From assembly GCA_977030845.1 (NCBI GenBank), contig OZ365109.1, positions 41,106,001 to 41,170,000 on the forward strand: a stretch of DNA of 64,000 nt, in the 5' to 3' direction. How positions within the stretch are numbered: position 1 is the stretch's first letter; every line of letters begins with the position of its first letter. The translations under genes were made by a program, and so were the position numbers. The notes under the pieces are model-generated. The model made no database searches. It saw nothing but the letters and a program-made list of their open reading frames with translations, and was not told the DNA's origin. Origin of the DNA: Fimbriosthenelais zetlandica (Eukaryota). This document shows positions 1 to 12,700 of this stretch, piece by piece.

Positions 1-94
1 GTGACCTGAAACAGTATTTTGTTATTTGGCCTAACTGTAGTAGGCTGGGCCGCATGGTAAAAAATACATGAAGAATCTATTTGGATATTACATA

Positions 95-480
95 GACTGC
101 GCCGGTCCTAATACAATCCAAACCGACATGATTCTGGTGTAGAAATGTCGAAAAAGGTTTCTAAACCTTCAAAACGAACGCCCCGCTTATAATTTCCAGA
201 GATTTCGGCGATTAATTCTCCCCTCGGAGCAGACGCTCGGCCTTCCTATGGCAGTTTAGTGTATTAGCCAGACATGTCGGGAAACGTCAAGGTAGAATCT
301 TGCGTTCTATATTAAACAGACTGCGCCGGTCCTAATATCAATATAAATTACTGATTATGGAGTAAAAATGTCTGAAAAAGCCGACTAGATCATCAAATTC
401 AGCGCCCCGATTAAAATTCTTGTAAATATTTGCGATTGTAAGTTACCCCGTTTTCTCTTGGACAATAGACATAGGAAGGA
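95..480. repeat. Diverged ~223-bp tandem duplication
   Basis: GACTGCGCCGGTCCTAATA occurs at ~95 and ~318, each followed by matching blocks (AAATGTC..GAAAAAG, CGCCCCG.TTA.AATT, GCGATT). Confidence 0.6.
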
Positions 481-3447
481 CTGGTCGTATTATTATCAAA
501 AAACGACCATCATGTACGTCGATTCGTGTTCTTTCAAATGCAGTAAAGTAGAAGTTGGTCAGATATGTTAGGACTGAGCAATGCCTCAAAACGTGAACAC
601 TACCAAATCAGTACTGTCAAGTCGCGACCCAATTTTCACATGCCCAGCTGGGTGAGAATTTGAGCGGTGGATTGCACGCGTTACTAGAGTCCCTATCTTG
701 AGTACATGCACAGTGGTTGGGAGGTTGGTTGGATACGGATGAAGAAATATGCTGGAGATAATGAATAACCCTGACATTTTTAGAGAAAAAAGTCCCAATT
801 AAAATTACTTATAGAAATATAGAAAATCACAATATATGAGATAGGGCATACAATATACAGAAAACACCATGTAGCAAAAGCCAGGCTTCCCTTAAGAGAA
901 TCATAGCATACACTGAAGTTGATCAGTACACACAAGATATATGGTAATCCAAAGGCATCATTCAAAAAACCCGACAGATGAATATAAATATTACAAGACG
1001 GTCTCTCGCCTCCTATAGGTACATAGCCTTACCTTATTCCTTGGGCATGGCTCTGCATTATTTGCCTATTAAAGCCCTCGTGTGTGTATCTAACTATGGA
1101 CAATGGAATAATTGGACAGGGCCGGAACAAGGCTTTTATATGCTGTGGGGCTCCTGTTATCGGTAGGCAAAAAGACCATCCATCACCAAGGGATGTGGCT
1201 TTCTTTGAAGACCAGACAACCCAGACATACCAGCACACAGCAGCAATACAAGCCTTTAAATCCAGATTCTATACACCAAACGATAATGACCGCTCCCAGC
1301 TAGGATTTGTCAAAACCTTGTGTTCAATAGAGAATCCCAGATCCTCTTTTTTAGGTGCCTCCCAGAAAAGGCCATGTACTATCAGTGATTTGCAAATGCC
1401 TCTTCTGGGAGGGGCCAAAGAGACCAAGAGTGGGTGGGTTTGGGGATTATTAGGTCATATTGGGAGGTAGATATATGGAATAGTCGTAAACAAGAATGGG
1501 CCTCATTCAGTGACAAGATCTGTCTGGAATGAGTCCATTTCACACAGGCTTCTGTATGACCCTTCCTATATACTACTCATATGGCCTATCATACACCATA
1601 TTTATCAGGTCACTTATGGGAGAATGCCCTACTAAATGTACCTACCAATTGATCGGGTCCAAGGGGAAAGAGTTGACGTCCAGCTGAACTATTGAGGGAT
1701 ATCTCCTATCCTTAGTCTTCACTTTCTGTTGAATCCAATCAATATTCTTTTCTGGAGTATGGGTCACAAAATCCTAGAAATATCCAAAAATTCTTAGGGG
1801 TATAAATCTAAGTTTTTGTTATTAAAAGTCAGATTTTGGGAAAATAGGAAATTTCAATGCAATTGCAATTGCATACACATTCATATTTCACCAACTTTAC
1901 GGTCTAATCCAAAACTTGTTCATCTTTAAAGGTAATACTGGCAACAAATAAATCATAAATTATTAAGGGTTCTTTCCCAGTATCACTATGTTTTTCGTTT
2001 AAGCTTTATTCCTAGTTTCTTTATCTTGGGTTTTATCTGAGCATTACCCCATTTCCCCCTTTTCCTTGAAGTACCAGTGCAGAACATCCGAGGATAAAAA
2101 TACATCACCTCTGGGTTTATGGGAAAGGATTACAAATGATACAGATTCATTACGCTGGAAAGGGGGTTGACCCTCTTGCACCAGGCAATATAGGATATTT
2201 ACACAATGAAGCATAAGTATCTTAAACACAGTAGAATACCCTGGATACCCCGGTCATAGCCCAAGATATCAAGCACGGTAATGCTTACAGCCAGTGGCAT
2301 CTCTCAATGGTCACATTCCCCCATAGCAATATGCTGGTATGGAGGATGACTATAGCCTATAGGACCTACCCCGGTATCCTCTAATTGTGCTATGTGATGG
2401 GGCCTCGGATAACAGAAAGCCCCAGGCCTATCTGCCTTAAAAGAAGCTCTCCTGGAAAGAAATATGACTACCATTAAGGGGAGAGTTATAGCGGCGCCGG
2501 GCATTGTGCTTTTCCACCCAGGCAAACACGACCACCGCCATTCAACTATATGTCTATGTGTTTTGCAGCAGCAGTGTCTCGCAAGGATTTCCACTGAAAG
2601 GCACAACTGAGGAGGAATTGAATATAATGTTTACATCAAGGGAGAGGCATTTAAATCCCTCCTAACAATACATATTCATTGCTAGAATACAGCCTAATTT
2701 TGTATTAATCCCACATGTTCTTTATCTCTTCACCACAGACAGTAATGTGGGATTTCCCTCCAAACAGTCCCACTGATCCCCTTGGGAAGAAAATGTTAAA
2801 TGATTCCTGGTATAGCGGTCTATATAATATTGCATTTGATGCATGGATGCACTTTTTAATGCATGGGTGCTAGCAGGAACTGTTGGATTTAGGATATCCA
2901 GATTTCGCCGGGATAATCCAGGGATATTAAAGGGAATGAGAGCAATAACAACGTTGGATCCCAAGGGGATGCCTTTCACTCCAGGAGCTTCTTTTCATGA
3001 AAGAAAGTGTGGTATAATATTTGTTCTCAAATATCCGTTCCTCTATCTAGCTAGGCACATAGCCATAATCATGATATGGCCTCAGCCTTGGGCCTATATA
3101 TAGGCTTAGTTTTGTAGGCCAAGGTCCTACATAGTCAAAACATAGCCTCGGCCTGCCGTACTCCTAGGCTACCCTATAGGTCTACTACAAGGTTTGAAAT
3201 AATTAAAAATTGCCTTAAATATTAGGCCTAAGCTACAATAGGGCCCGACGAGGCAATTTTTTGTCCCCATGCTGCTGCATGCTGGCTTTCTCTTTTCTTA
3301 TCTCCCCACCCATCAACTAACACTCTCGGGTAGGCTTAGGCTACTTTACAACTAACATTCCCTGTCTTGACACCAACTCCCAGACTTCATAAAACAAACA
3401 GACTCAAGGCCGATATAATACTTATATAGTGAAATCGTAAAACTTAC

Positions 3448-3513
3448 CACAAATTCCATCCGAAAATCCGCCACTGGTCCGAGTTCGAGAATGAGAATCA
3501 ATGCTGCATGCAT
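3448..3513 (-). CDS. Candidate first exon of an unidentified leftward gene (MHAALILILELGPVADFRMEFV)
   Basis: ATG at 3513, 22 open codons, strong donor GTG|GTAAGT at 3447, CpG-rich flank 3480-3830. A possible - strand acceptor (TTTCAG|G) lies at position ~5. Could be a 5' UTR exon; product not recognised. Confidence 0.35.
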
Positions 3514-5699
3514 GATGAACGGCGGCACGGGGAGTCCCGGGCGGCGGTTTAGATCTACCGTTGACTGACAGCTTGACAGTTGATCACCTGTCTTTTTTGT
3601 AGTCCCAACTATATCAAACAAAATCCAATGAATGTCCCCAAAATGAGGGGATAACGATGTCTCAAAGATGAGTAATTCGCGAAATAGTGTTCGATGTCTG
3701 TCCGCGGCCCAACACGTGCACGCGTCTGTCCTCCATCTTGTCTCTATATAAGGTCAAGGTCGCGATAATAGCTAGGGACCAGTTAGTTTTCAGGTCACGG
3801 CAGATCAAGGGACAGCTTTTTTCACGCGCTTTGATTTTCACCAGAAACGTAGGCTTAGGCCTACTGGGATTCAGGAGCAGACATTGCATTTGAGATTATA
3901 GTCCTATTTGGGAATTGGGCTTAGTAGGCCAGGTAGGCCTATTGGCCAAGTAGCAAACATATAGGCCTACAATTAACGAGTCAGTCCCTTCTCTAGTCAC
4001 ATGGCCCCCAGTTTACAAAATCTAGGCCCTACACCTATAGGCCTAACCTTACAACTTCTACTGCTCGCTCGGTGTAGTGACATTGGAATGACTTTGTCCT
4101 ACAAATCAGAGCACCTACGCATATTGGGTCAGCACAGAGGTCGTTAACCTTCAATTATTCTTCTCGTAGCGAGCATCGGAGACACGGAGCCGCGCTGAGA
4201 TGTATGTCATGGGAATAGGGGACTGAGCATTTGGCTGCTGGATAGGGCGCATTGCTCATGCTCAAAGAGCAGGTTTGTTCTGCTCAAAAGGCTGGAAATA
4301 CACACTACTGCTAAATATAGGATTCACTACAAAATGTATCTACCCAGGAATAGGCTTAGGCTACCAACAATTGTGCACTAATTGTGTTTTCATTCATTTT
4401 TGAAAATAAGAAGCATAGGCTTATAATGTATTATTCTGAAATAGCCAGGGTATAAAACATTTCCATATGTGGGTTTTTTTTGACTCTAAAGGAGTAAGAT
4501 TAATTTAGGCCTAGGCCTACTTCAATTGTTTCTGAGAAAAATAGGATATAAGTTTCTGAAAAACCTGTATAACTAGGCCTATATAATATGTCATTCATAT
4601 ACAAATACATGCATGTACATGTACGATCCCTCCGTCATCGGGCTGAATTGAATCTGTACAGAAGTCTAAAATGGTGGAATGTCAAGAGTGTCTCGGCAAA
4701 TATAGCGTCTCGCTCTAACAGTTGAGGAAAACGCAACAGCTCCAAGAATTCCATGTCAGGTTTTTACCGCCCGTGTAATAGATAGACTTAATTACTGTCT
4801 TTTGTATGTGGTGACTGGCAACAGGTCTGACTATAAGAGAAAGCCAGCCTGATAACAATACCAGCCACTGACTCTTTTTTTGCTCCCTTCACAGCGAGGC
4901 AATATGGCCGAGCAGTTCTTCATGTCCCTCGCCACAGCTCCTTGCCCTCCTCCTCCTCCATATCCCCATATATTCTTCACTGACAAAGGTAATAGGGACA
5001 TTCTTCCAATATTGACATGTGCCTATCCGGACCGGCTTAGCATACAAATATGTCGTGCAAATTACGTATTTGGTCCATTATAAGATCAAATGGTTGCTAG
5101 ACAGGGGAGGGCTTTGAGCGTGAGCGATCCAAATTTCAATGTGTCACGTTGGTGAGGGCAGCAGGCTAGATATGCCTTTGAGCATTTCCTTCTGTTGCCA
5201 GGGGAATTAATGCTCACCTTCGAGGCTTTAGGTGTTATATGTGTATTTAGATGTTATCTATGGTTGCTACGTGGGAGAAGAGATTGGGGTATCCACCAGC
5301 TATAGTCAGACTGAAGGTATGCAAAATAGAACCAAATTCATTATATATGGCTTGCAAGGACAGATGGTATAGATATTGATAGATAGAGAGAGAGAGAGGG
5401 AGAGAGAAGGCCCGATTTGTCCATATAAAGAAGAACAAATATCTCAAGGACAGAAGGGCGTTGCCATAGCACCGGTAGAACATAGAGGAGGACTCAGGGT
5501 GAGGGGGTGGGGTATATTTGTTTCTCGGTTGGAGTTGTCAGGGACGGTGGGGAGGAGGAGGGTATGGATATGTTTAAAGCTGTAAGAAGGGATGTACTGC
5601 ATGTAAGGACTGCATGGATGGGAGTGGAGTGTTGTTTCTTCGTCTGTCCTCTCAATTTCTGGTCTACTTTCCCTCCATCCCACAATTTTGTGAGTGTTG

Positions 5700-5945
5700 T
5701 TTTTCTTTCCTCCCTCTCTCCTCACACCCTCATCTCTCTCCCTCACTTCCCAGACCCTCGCTTCCACTCCCCTCCCTCCCACAATCACTTCAACACCTTC
5801 CCTGCTTCCCTCCCTTCCCACACCCTTCCACCTTCCCTCCATCTGTCCGCCACCCTCCCTATAGCTCCTTTCTCCCCCAAAGTTCCTTCAATCTCTATCT
5901 ATCTGTCTCTCTCCCTTCTCTCACTCTCCCTTCTCTTTCTGTAAC
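5700..5945 (+). repeat. Polypyrimidine/low-complexity CT-rich tract (with an (AG)n run at ~5383-5408)
   Basis: Almost pure C/T on the + strand; explains the spurious S/P/L-rich ORFs in the track. Confidence 0.8.
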
Positions 5946-6789
5946 ATCTCGTATCTTTTCCCATTGCCCAGCCTTTACAACCCTATCAATTACAAACCCC
6001 CCTTGAAATAGGCATTAAATGTGTTTTGTAATTATGAATAGCCTATGAATCCCGGACACTGCTCCGGGCCCCATCCAGGGTCTACAGCTATGGAGGAAGA
6101 TTGGTCACATAAAACCTCCGCAAGCTCTTATACCACAGAAAAACAACACACATTTCTATCTTACATAAAATAATCCAGTGTCACATGAAAGAAACCTCGG
6201 CATCTAAGTAGAATATCCTAATGGCAGCGAGCATGTACTTTTGTTTGCTGTTCCTTGCTCGCTTTTTATCAGTGCCCCCGCCATCTTGTGTATGGGGAGT
6301 ATAGAACCGTCTCTCTCATCCCCTTTAAGGACCCGTCCTTCAAGAGAGATTACAGGATAGTAATTTTAAGGGTGAAAAATATGTCCGCTTGTTGAATTTA
6401 ATCATGTATTTAGTGCTGATTGATTTCTAAAGGTTGTGTTGATCGATAATGTCCTCTACTGTGAAAAAACAAGAGATACATTAACTACCATAATTTCTGC
6501 TGTAAACTCATAACACGAATCAAATATTTCCTGTTTAAAATATGCTTGCTCATCTATTAACCTATTTTCCCTTCAAATAGAGGGACTCTATATATATCCA
6601 AAAGAATTATTTCTCCTTGTCTCTAAGAAAGTAGGAAAGGGAAAGATAAGCATTTATAAATATGGGACTGTCCGCACAGATTATCTCCTTCTAAAATGGG
6701 ATTTGGCCTGAAATTCGGCAGCATCCTGTCTCGGTATAGGCCTACATAAAGTATAAAAGATTATTTATTTGTATCCTTTCTCTTTTCAG

Positions 6790-9700
6790 GAGCATCGTGG
6801 GGACTGGGTTAAGTCAATTCCGTAGTCGAACGTTACGATTCACGTTACCTTTATTCTCCCGGTTCCGAAATTCAGAAGACAGGTCAGTATTGATGCAGCC
6901 AATGTTAATCAATTTATATAAGTATAATATTCCTTGGTAAAATACACAACCATTCTACAGTATTGAGGCAGCCAATTTTAATCAATTTATATGTATGATA
7001 TTTCTTGGTACATTTACTTTCAATTACATAACCATTCCACAATCTAACATAAAATCGTCTCATACAAAATTATAATAACATCTCCTCGGAGATATATCCT
7101 TATGAGGTTGATTTGATCTATTTAAGTTATGCTTCTGGGGATCGTCATGAAAATAACGTAATACCATTCATTCAGTCATTCCTTGCTTATGGGTGGTTCA
7201 TTTATCTCAAACAGTTGCAAAATGTTTAATATTGCAGCTGCCAATGGACCTAGTCTTTCCAAATGTTGGCTATATTGTTCAATTTCTAATGATTTAGCTG
7301 TGATTTGTAATGAATTTTGGATACTTTTGCAGACGGAACTTCACCACAGCTGGGGCGGCGGCTGGAGTTGCTGCCGCCTTTGGGGCGCCTGTCGGCGGAC
7401 TGCTGTTCGCCATGGAAGAAGTTTCCTCCTTCTGGAGCATGAAACTCGGCTGGATGATCTTTTTCTGCTGCATGTTAGCAACCTTCACCGCTGACCTATT
7501 CAATTCCTCCTTTAACTCGTTCAAGTTTAAAGGAGTGTTCGGTCTCTTTGAGACTGACAAATACATCATATTTAAGGTTAGCAATAAAAAAATGTTTGAT
7601 TTAAATACATCAATTTCGCTTCTGCAGTTGCTATGTCAAATGCAAAACCTGTAATATATGAAATAGAAATTTGAAAATAAAAAAAATAATTATGTAAATT
7701 TGCCAGTAAGTCTTTATCGAGCAATAAGAGTAAACTTTTTTGGCTGCAGGTTTATTATACTCCCTTGTTTTGCATTCATAGCACTGTCTTGTATTCTTAT
7801 AATGAATCAATCCCAATTAAACAAAAATGTCCCTTTTTCTCTCTCTCACAGGTTGCGAATGCAATCCCTGTTAATGTGATCATGTTTGCGCCTGCCATGT
7901 TATTGGGGCTAATAGGTGGCATCCTCGGTGCAACATTTACAATAATGAACCTCAAGATTGCAAGGACACGAAGACGTCTTCTTGCAAAGATAAAGTATCC
8001 AGCCGTACAAAAAGCCATCAGGTTCCTTGAACCCCCTATGATTATGGTGAGTAGATTATTTTGTTCCCAAATAAAAAATATGTATCAAAACCTATAGGTA
8101 ATACAAAATGACAGAGTAAAATGGAATGGATCATTGGATGGCGCTTGCAAAAGACAGTCAGATTTGGTGTAGGGGCATGTTGTGGTTAGTGAATAGTCGC
8201 CAGTGGATTTCAATGCTAGATTTCTCCTGAAAGTGTTGGGTCTCTAGCAGGTTGAGTCGAGTGTCCTGCAGGTTTAGTCGAGTCTCCTGCAGGTTGACTC
8301 CAGTCTCCAGCATGCAGGTTGGGCCGAGTTTCCTGCAGTTTGAATTCCGTCTCCAGCAGGTTCGGTCGAGTCTCATACAGAATGGCTTTTGTTGAACAGA
8401 AGATAACAGACTCCCTTGGAGAGTGTGTAGAACCTTTTTGGTCTAGAGTCAGGTTGGTCTGGAAAGCCGAGAGCAGTGGATTGCAGCCTTTCCCTCACAG
8501 CAACATGAGTCCTCACCTTCTGGCCCTCAGCTTATATGCCTGTGATTTCCTATTCTCTTGGTGGATATTACTGCTCAAGGCAATGCAACAATATGTCTTC
8601 TGAGACACTGCCATGCAGTATATCTGGATTATTGCTCCGAGATATGTTTTCATTTTGCTCTTCCTGACAGAGCATAAGAACTTATGGTCTCCATCGTCAT
8701 CTACAATATTTGTTTTTGTCGAGTATCTGCTTCCTGATGGTCTCTACATTTAGGCCAGAAGGCCTTTTTGATTTGCCTGGTGTCTCACTCCCTGATATTA
8801 CTCTACTCTGCTTCAACCTAACTTTGTTTTGTGGTACATTAGTTTAATGTTCTTCTCTCATCTTCCTGTCTTTCCATTTTTTTCCATCTCCCATTTATTT
8901 TCAACTTCTATAACCTACAGTTTGACATTTATAAAAATAGTCACCCCCACATCTCACAATAGGCTTTTTGACAAATTTTTGCAACTTAAAATCCTGCTCT
9001 ATGATTATATATCGCAAACAGCTGTAAAATGTATACAGCTGCCTATTGTGCACTGGAGGTTGAATAATTTTATTCCCAACTGTATAATTATGTTTGTCTG
9101 CTTTTGAATTTGCCGCCGTGTATCTCACTTTCTCTTCCTACCTCTATCTCACACACGTTCACTATCTATTCCAATCCTTCGGAGAACAGCCTCAGCAATT
9201 CGTTCTAGGAAGGAAAAGCCAGTTTAATTTAGTTATAATTACAATTTAGACATGCCTCCGGGCTGCTTCGCAATGGCCAATTTTCTTGTCGAAGGCAACA
9301 CGATTGAAACACTGTCTACTATCCCTGCAATTAGATTCAGTCTACCCAGAGATCTATCGATTTGAGCAAGTTCATATACCATATGAGATCAATTGCTCAA
9401 TATCATTAATCTTCTTCTGATAAGTGTCAGATCAGTTATATCACTCGCTCCTTTGCTGTCAGAAAACGGAGACGAATATCAATATTTCCTATTGATTACT
9501 GTAAACCAAGTGCTGATTCATGAAGATAGTGGTTTTACGGTGAATCCATTATTTTCAAGGAGGTGGGTTTCTGGAATTTCTTTTCCTCCACTTTAGTAAG
9601 AAAGATCGTACTGTTCTGAAAGATCCTTTGAAGTGTGGATCAATGGGAGGGTGTTGGGGGTGTTCTTTTAAATGGTTCTCCTATCTTCCTATTCTCCTAT

Positions 9701-12700
9701 AGTCGAACATGTATACCTTTTCATTTCTTGTCTGCCGACTATTGTATTGTAGCCAGAGATGTACGTCTTAATAAATTTGGTAGTTGGCAGCACGTTAGCT
9801 TTATTGAAAAAGTTTACAATACGTGTCTTCTGTGTCATATACCACTACCACAGAACGATAATTTGAATTAAAAATACTCAAATAATACGTTTGTGATATG
9901 ACAAACAACTGTACAATTTAGCCAATAAACATATTGTGCAATGGGAGTTGAATAATTCTGCTGCCAATTGTAGTAGTAGCAAGTCCAAGGCGATTTCATA
10001 GATTATGGATTTTTATACAAGTAATGTGCACATATAATCTGGTAATAAGTTCCCTGTTGGTACAATTGCCTTTCCTCTTTTGTGAATGACCTGCTAAGTC
10101 CCCCTATACCCCTGGGACATTAACTCCAGCCTTTCACCCAGTCAGAGAGAGGTGTAGGCCTACACTGACTTATTATTTCTGAAAAGGTCATCCTACCCGC
10201 CGTGACCACTCCACAGATCAGAGAGAGAATATGGAGTTTTTATTTCCTCCCTCCCAGCCTTCGCTCAGAGACAATGATTTTGTCATGAAGTATTCACAGC
10301 TTTTCCCTTTCGCCCATTGGCCCCTAATCAGAAGATATTTAGGCTGAAAGAATGAGGTGCCATGCAGAGCTTTCTAACTAACTCGTTCACCCGTAATATT
10401 GTATAAGAAAGGATTTTGTTTTCAATTTAAAAAAAAATTCTGAATAGGTAGTGTAAGAAATATGTTGCCTGAAGTTTTGATTAATAAAAGGAAAAAACAT
10501 AAATGTTTCCTTTAATTCGACCTTGAACAAAACATATGGGTTGGATGATAGACTTGGAAAGGTCATTGGACAATCAGGGACATTTTTTAATAATCATTGG
10601 CCCTTAATGATAATAAACTAAAAAATGTGAGCAAGGCAGCTTTTGGTGGGTGGAACCCTGGTAACTGAAACATCATCATGTTCTGTTGGTCGTAGCACCA
10701 GCTGATAAGTGTGTACCTAACTGGATTTTGCAGGTCATCTGGGCCACTCTGTCTGTCTTCCTGCCCGCGGCATTTCCTTGTAAACCAATGGTGTGCCCAG
10801 CACACGGCAACACTTCAGTCACACAAGCTCAACATACTACCAAGTAAGTCTCTCTCTCTCATTACTATACAGGTCCATGCCATTACTAGACAAGATACCA
10901 GAACACTGTGTCATATATAGCTAGAATATCTAAATAGCAACCTAGAGAGAGCCACCTAGAGATGTATATATGTTTAGTCACCTCCGGTGGTGTTTGTGGT
11001 CATTATAGCTATATCAAAACTGGTCATTTACTGGGACCATAATTACCTCCCTGACTAGTGGCGGGGATTGTTACGTAAGGTGAGGGTACTATCCACTAAG
11101 TATGGACCATGGTATACCAACACAAACAACAGCAAAATGTTAGATTTTGTCAATATTTATTTATGACCTATTAAAATAGACTTGCAGCCAAAATAACAAA
11201 ATTATAGCAACCTGTACTCAAAGCAGGATTGAATACTTACATCTTCCAAATATTGATAAAAAAAATTAATTAGGATAACACTAAGAGATAAGATAGGAGG
11301 GTGCAAAACAGAATAACTGAACATAATAATTATGATGCCTTTGTCCATGTATTCGGTGCCATTCTGGTCACGTAATACAATTTTGCACGACTTTTATCTG
11401 CACATGAAGTTTATCTTGAAAATATCTGTGTTAAATAAGTGAACTTGTGTATTTTTCTTTCTTTTCAGCATTGATGTGGTGCATGCTTCTCCTGACAAGA
11501 TAAATCCAAAGCACGGACACAATTTTGATTCACATACACAGTCTAATGAGTACCCACAAAGCGGGGCTGCTTCCGACCATAGTTCTAGTAGTCACGATAC
11601 GGACCACCATGGAGGTGGTGGGGGAGGTGGAGGGCGAGCGGGGGCGTCCAACGATAGCCTTGTATTCTGCCCTACAGATCCTCAATACACCTACAGGGTG
11701 GATGAAAATATGCAAAGTTACTGGTGCCAGCACAAGAGGAGGGTGAATGGTCGGGTGGTGGGTGGAGAATATAATGAAGGTGAGTGAATTTCTTAAAGGA
11801 AAAGGCCAGCCAAATGTAGTAGCAGGGCTCAATGACAATGGATGTCTTTCAACATAGATAGGGACTATAATTATAGAAAAGGATTTATAGAAACATCCCT
11901 TGAATGGTAAGCTATAAAATAATATCTAATAAATAATATGTCACTTTTCTACAATATTCTGCAGTGATATTAATGAATTCCTCTCTTATCTGCCTCCAGT
12001 GGCCAGCCTCCTGAATGTGCCAGGTCAGACTGCTCTGCGGGTTCTCTTCTCTCGTCGCACGCATCTTCAGTTCAACTATGTGTCTCTGCTATCCATACTT
12101 CCCATCTATTTCATCCTTGCATGCTGGGCCTCGGGCAGTGCAGTAGCCAGTGGTATTGTTGTGCCTATGCTGTGAGTAGCCATTGGTCATTTAGTGTAAT
12201 AAGGTGTCTACACATTGAGAAACTGGGTCTCCCACTGACTAATACTCATATAATTACACCATTTCCTGGTGTAATTATAACTGTAGGATACTTGGTCCAA
12301 TCTGCAGTGGACTGGGCCCAATCTGCAGGAAAAATGGTCCATTTTGCAAATTCAGACTCGATCTACAGGAAACTGTAAAATTCTGCGAGGGACTGAACCC
12401 ATTCTGCAAGGGTTTAGACCCAGTCTTCAGGGGCCTGGGCCATCATGCAAGAGAGAGATTCCAACCAATGAGTCATACGAATTGGGCCCACTCTGCGGAA
12501 GACAGACCAATCTGTAGCAGGAGGCTTAGTCCATTCTCCAAGAGACTGGACTCCTCCAGCAAGGGGTTGATCCTAATCTGAAGGGGGCGAGATCCTGTCT
12601 TCTTATTGTAGACAACATGTTACAAAAATAATATATTATGCTTCCTGTCAATGTATAATTAAGAACAAGGATAGAAGCAAAATAATAAAGAATCTAAGAA

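Noticed and set aside
1100-1660. Motifs vaguely like an invertebrate transposase C-terminus (SVGKKTI; GHLWENALL)
   Set aside because: Different frames, wrong spacing and multiple stops; insufficient for a call.
5376-6006. Several 60-145-aa overlapping ORFs
   Set aside because: By-products of purine/pyrimidine low-complexity sequence.
9240-9680. Stop-interrupted - strand frame inside a CLC intron
   Set aside because: No recognisable domain or splice support; treated as unidentified decayed repeat.
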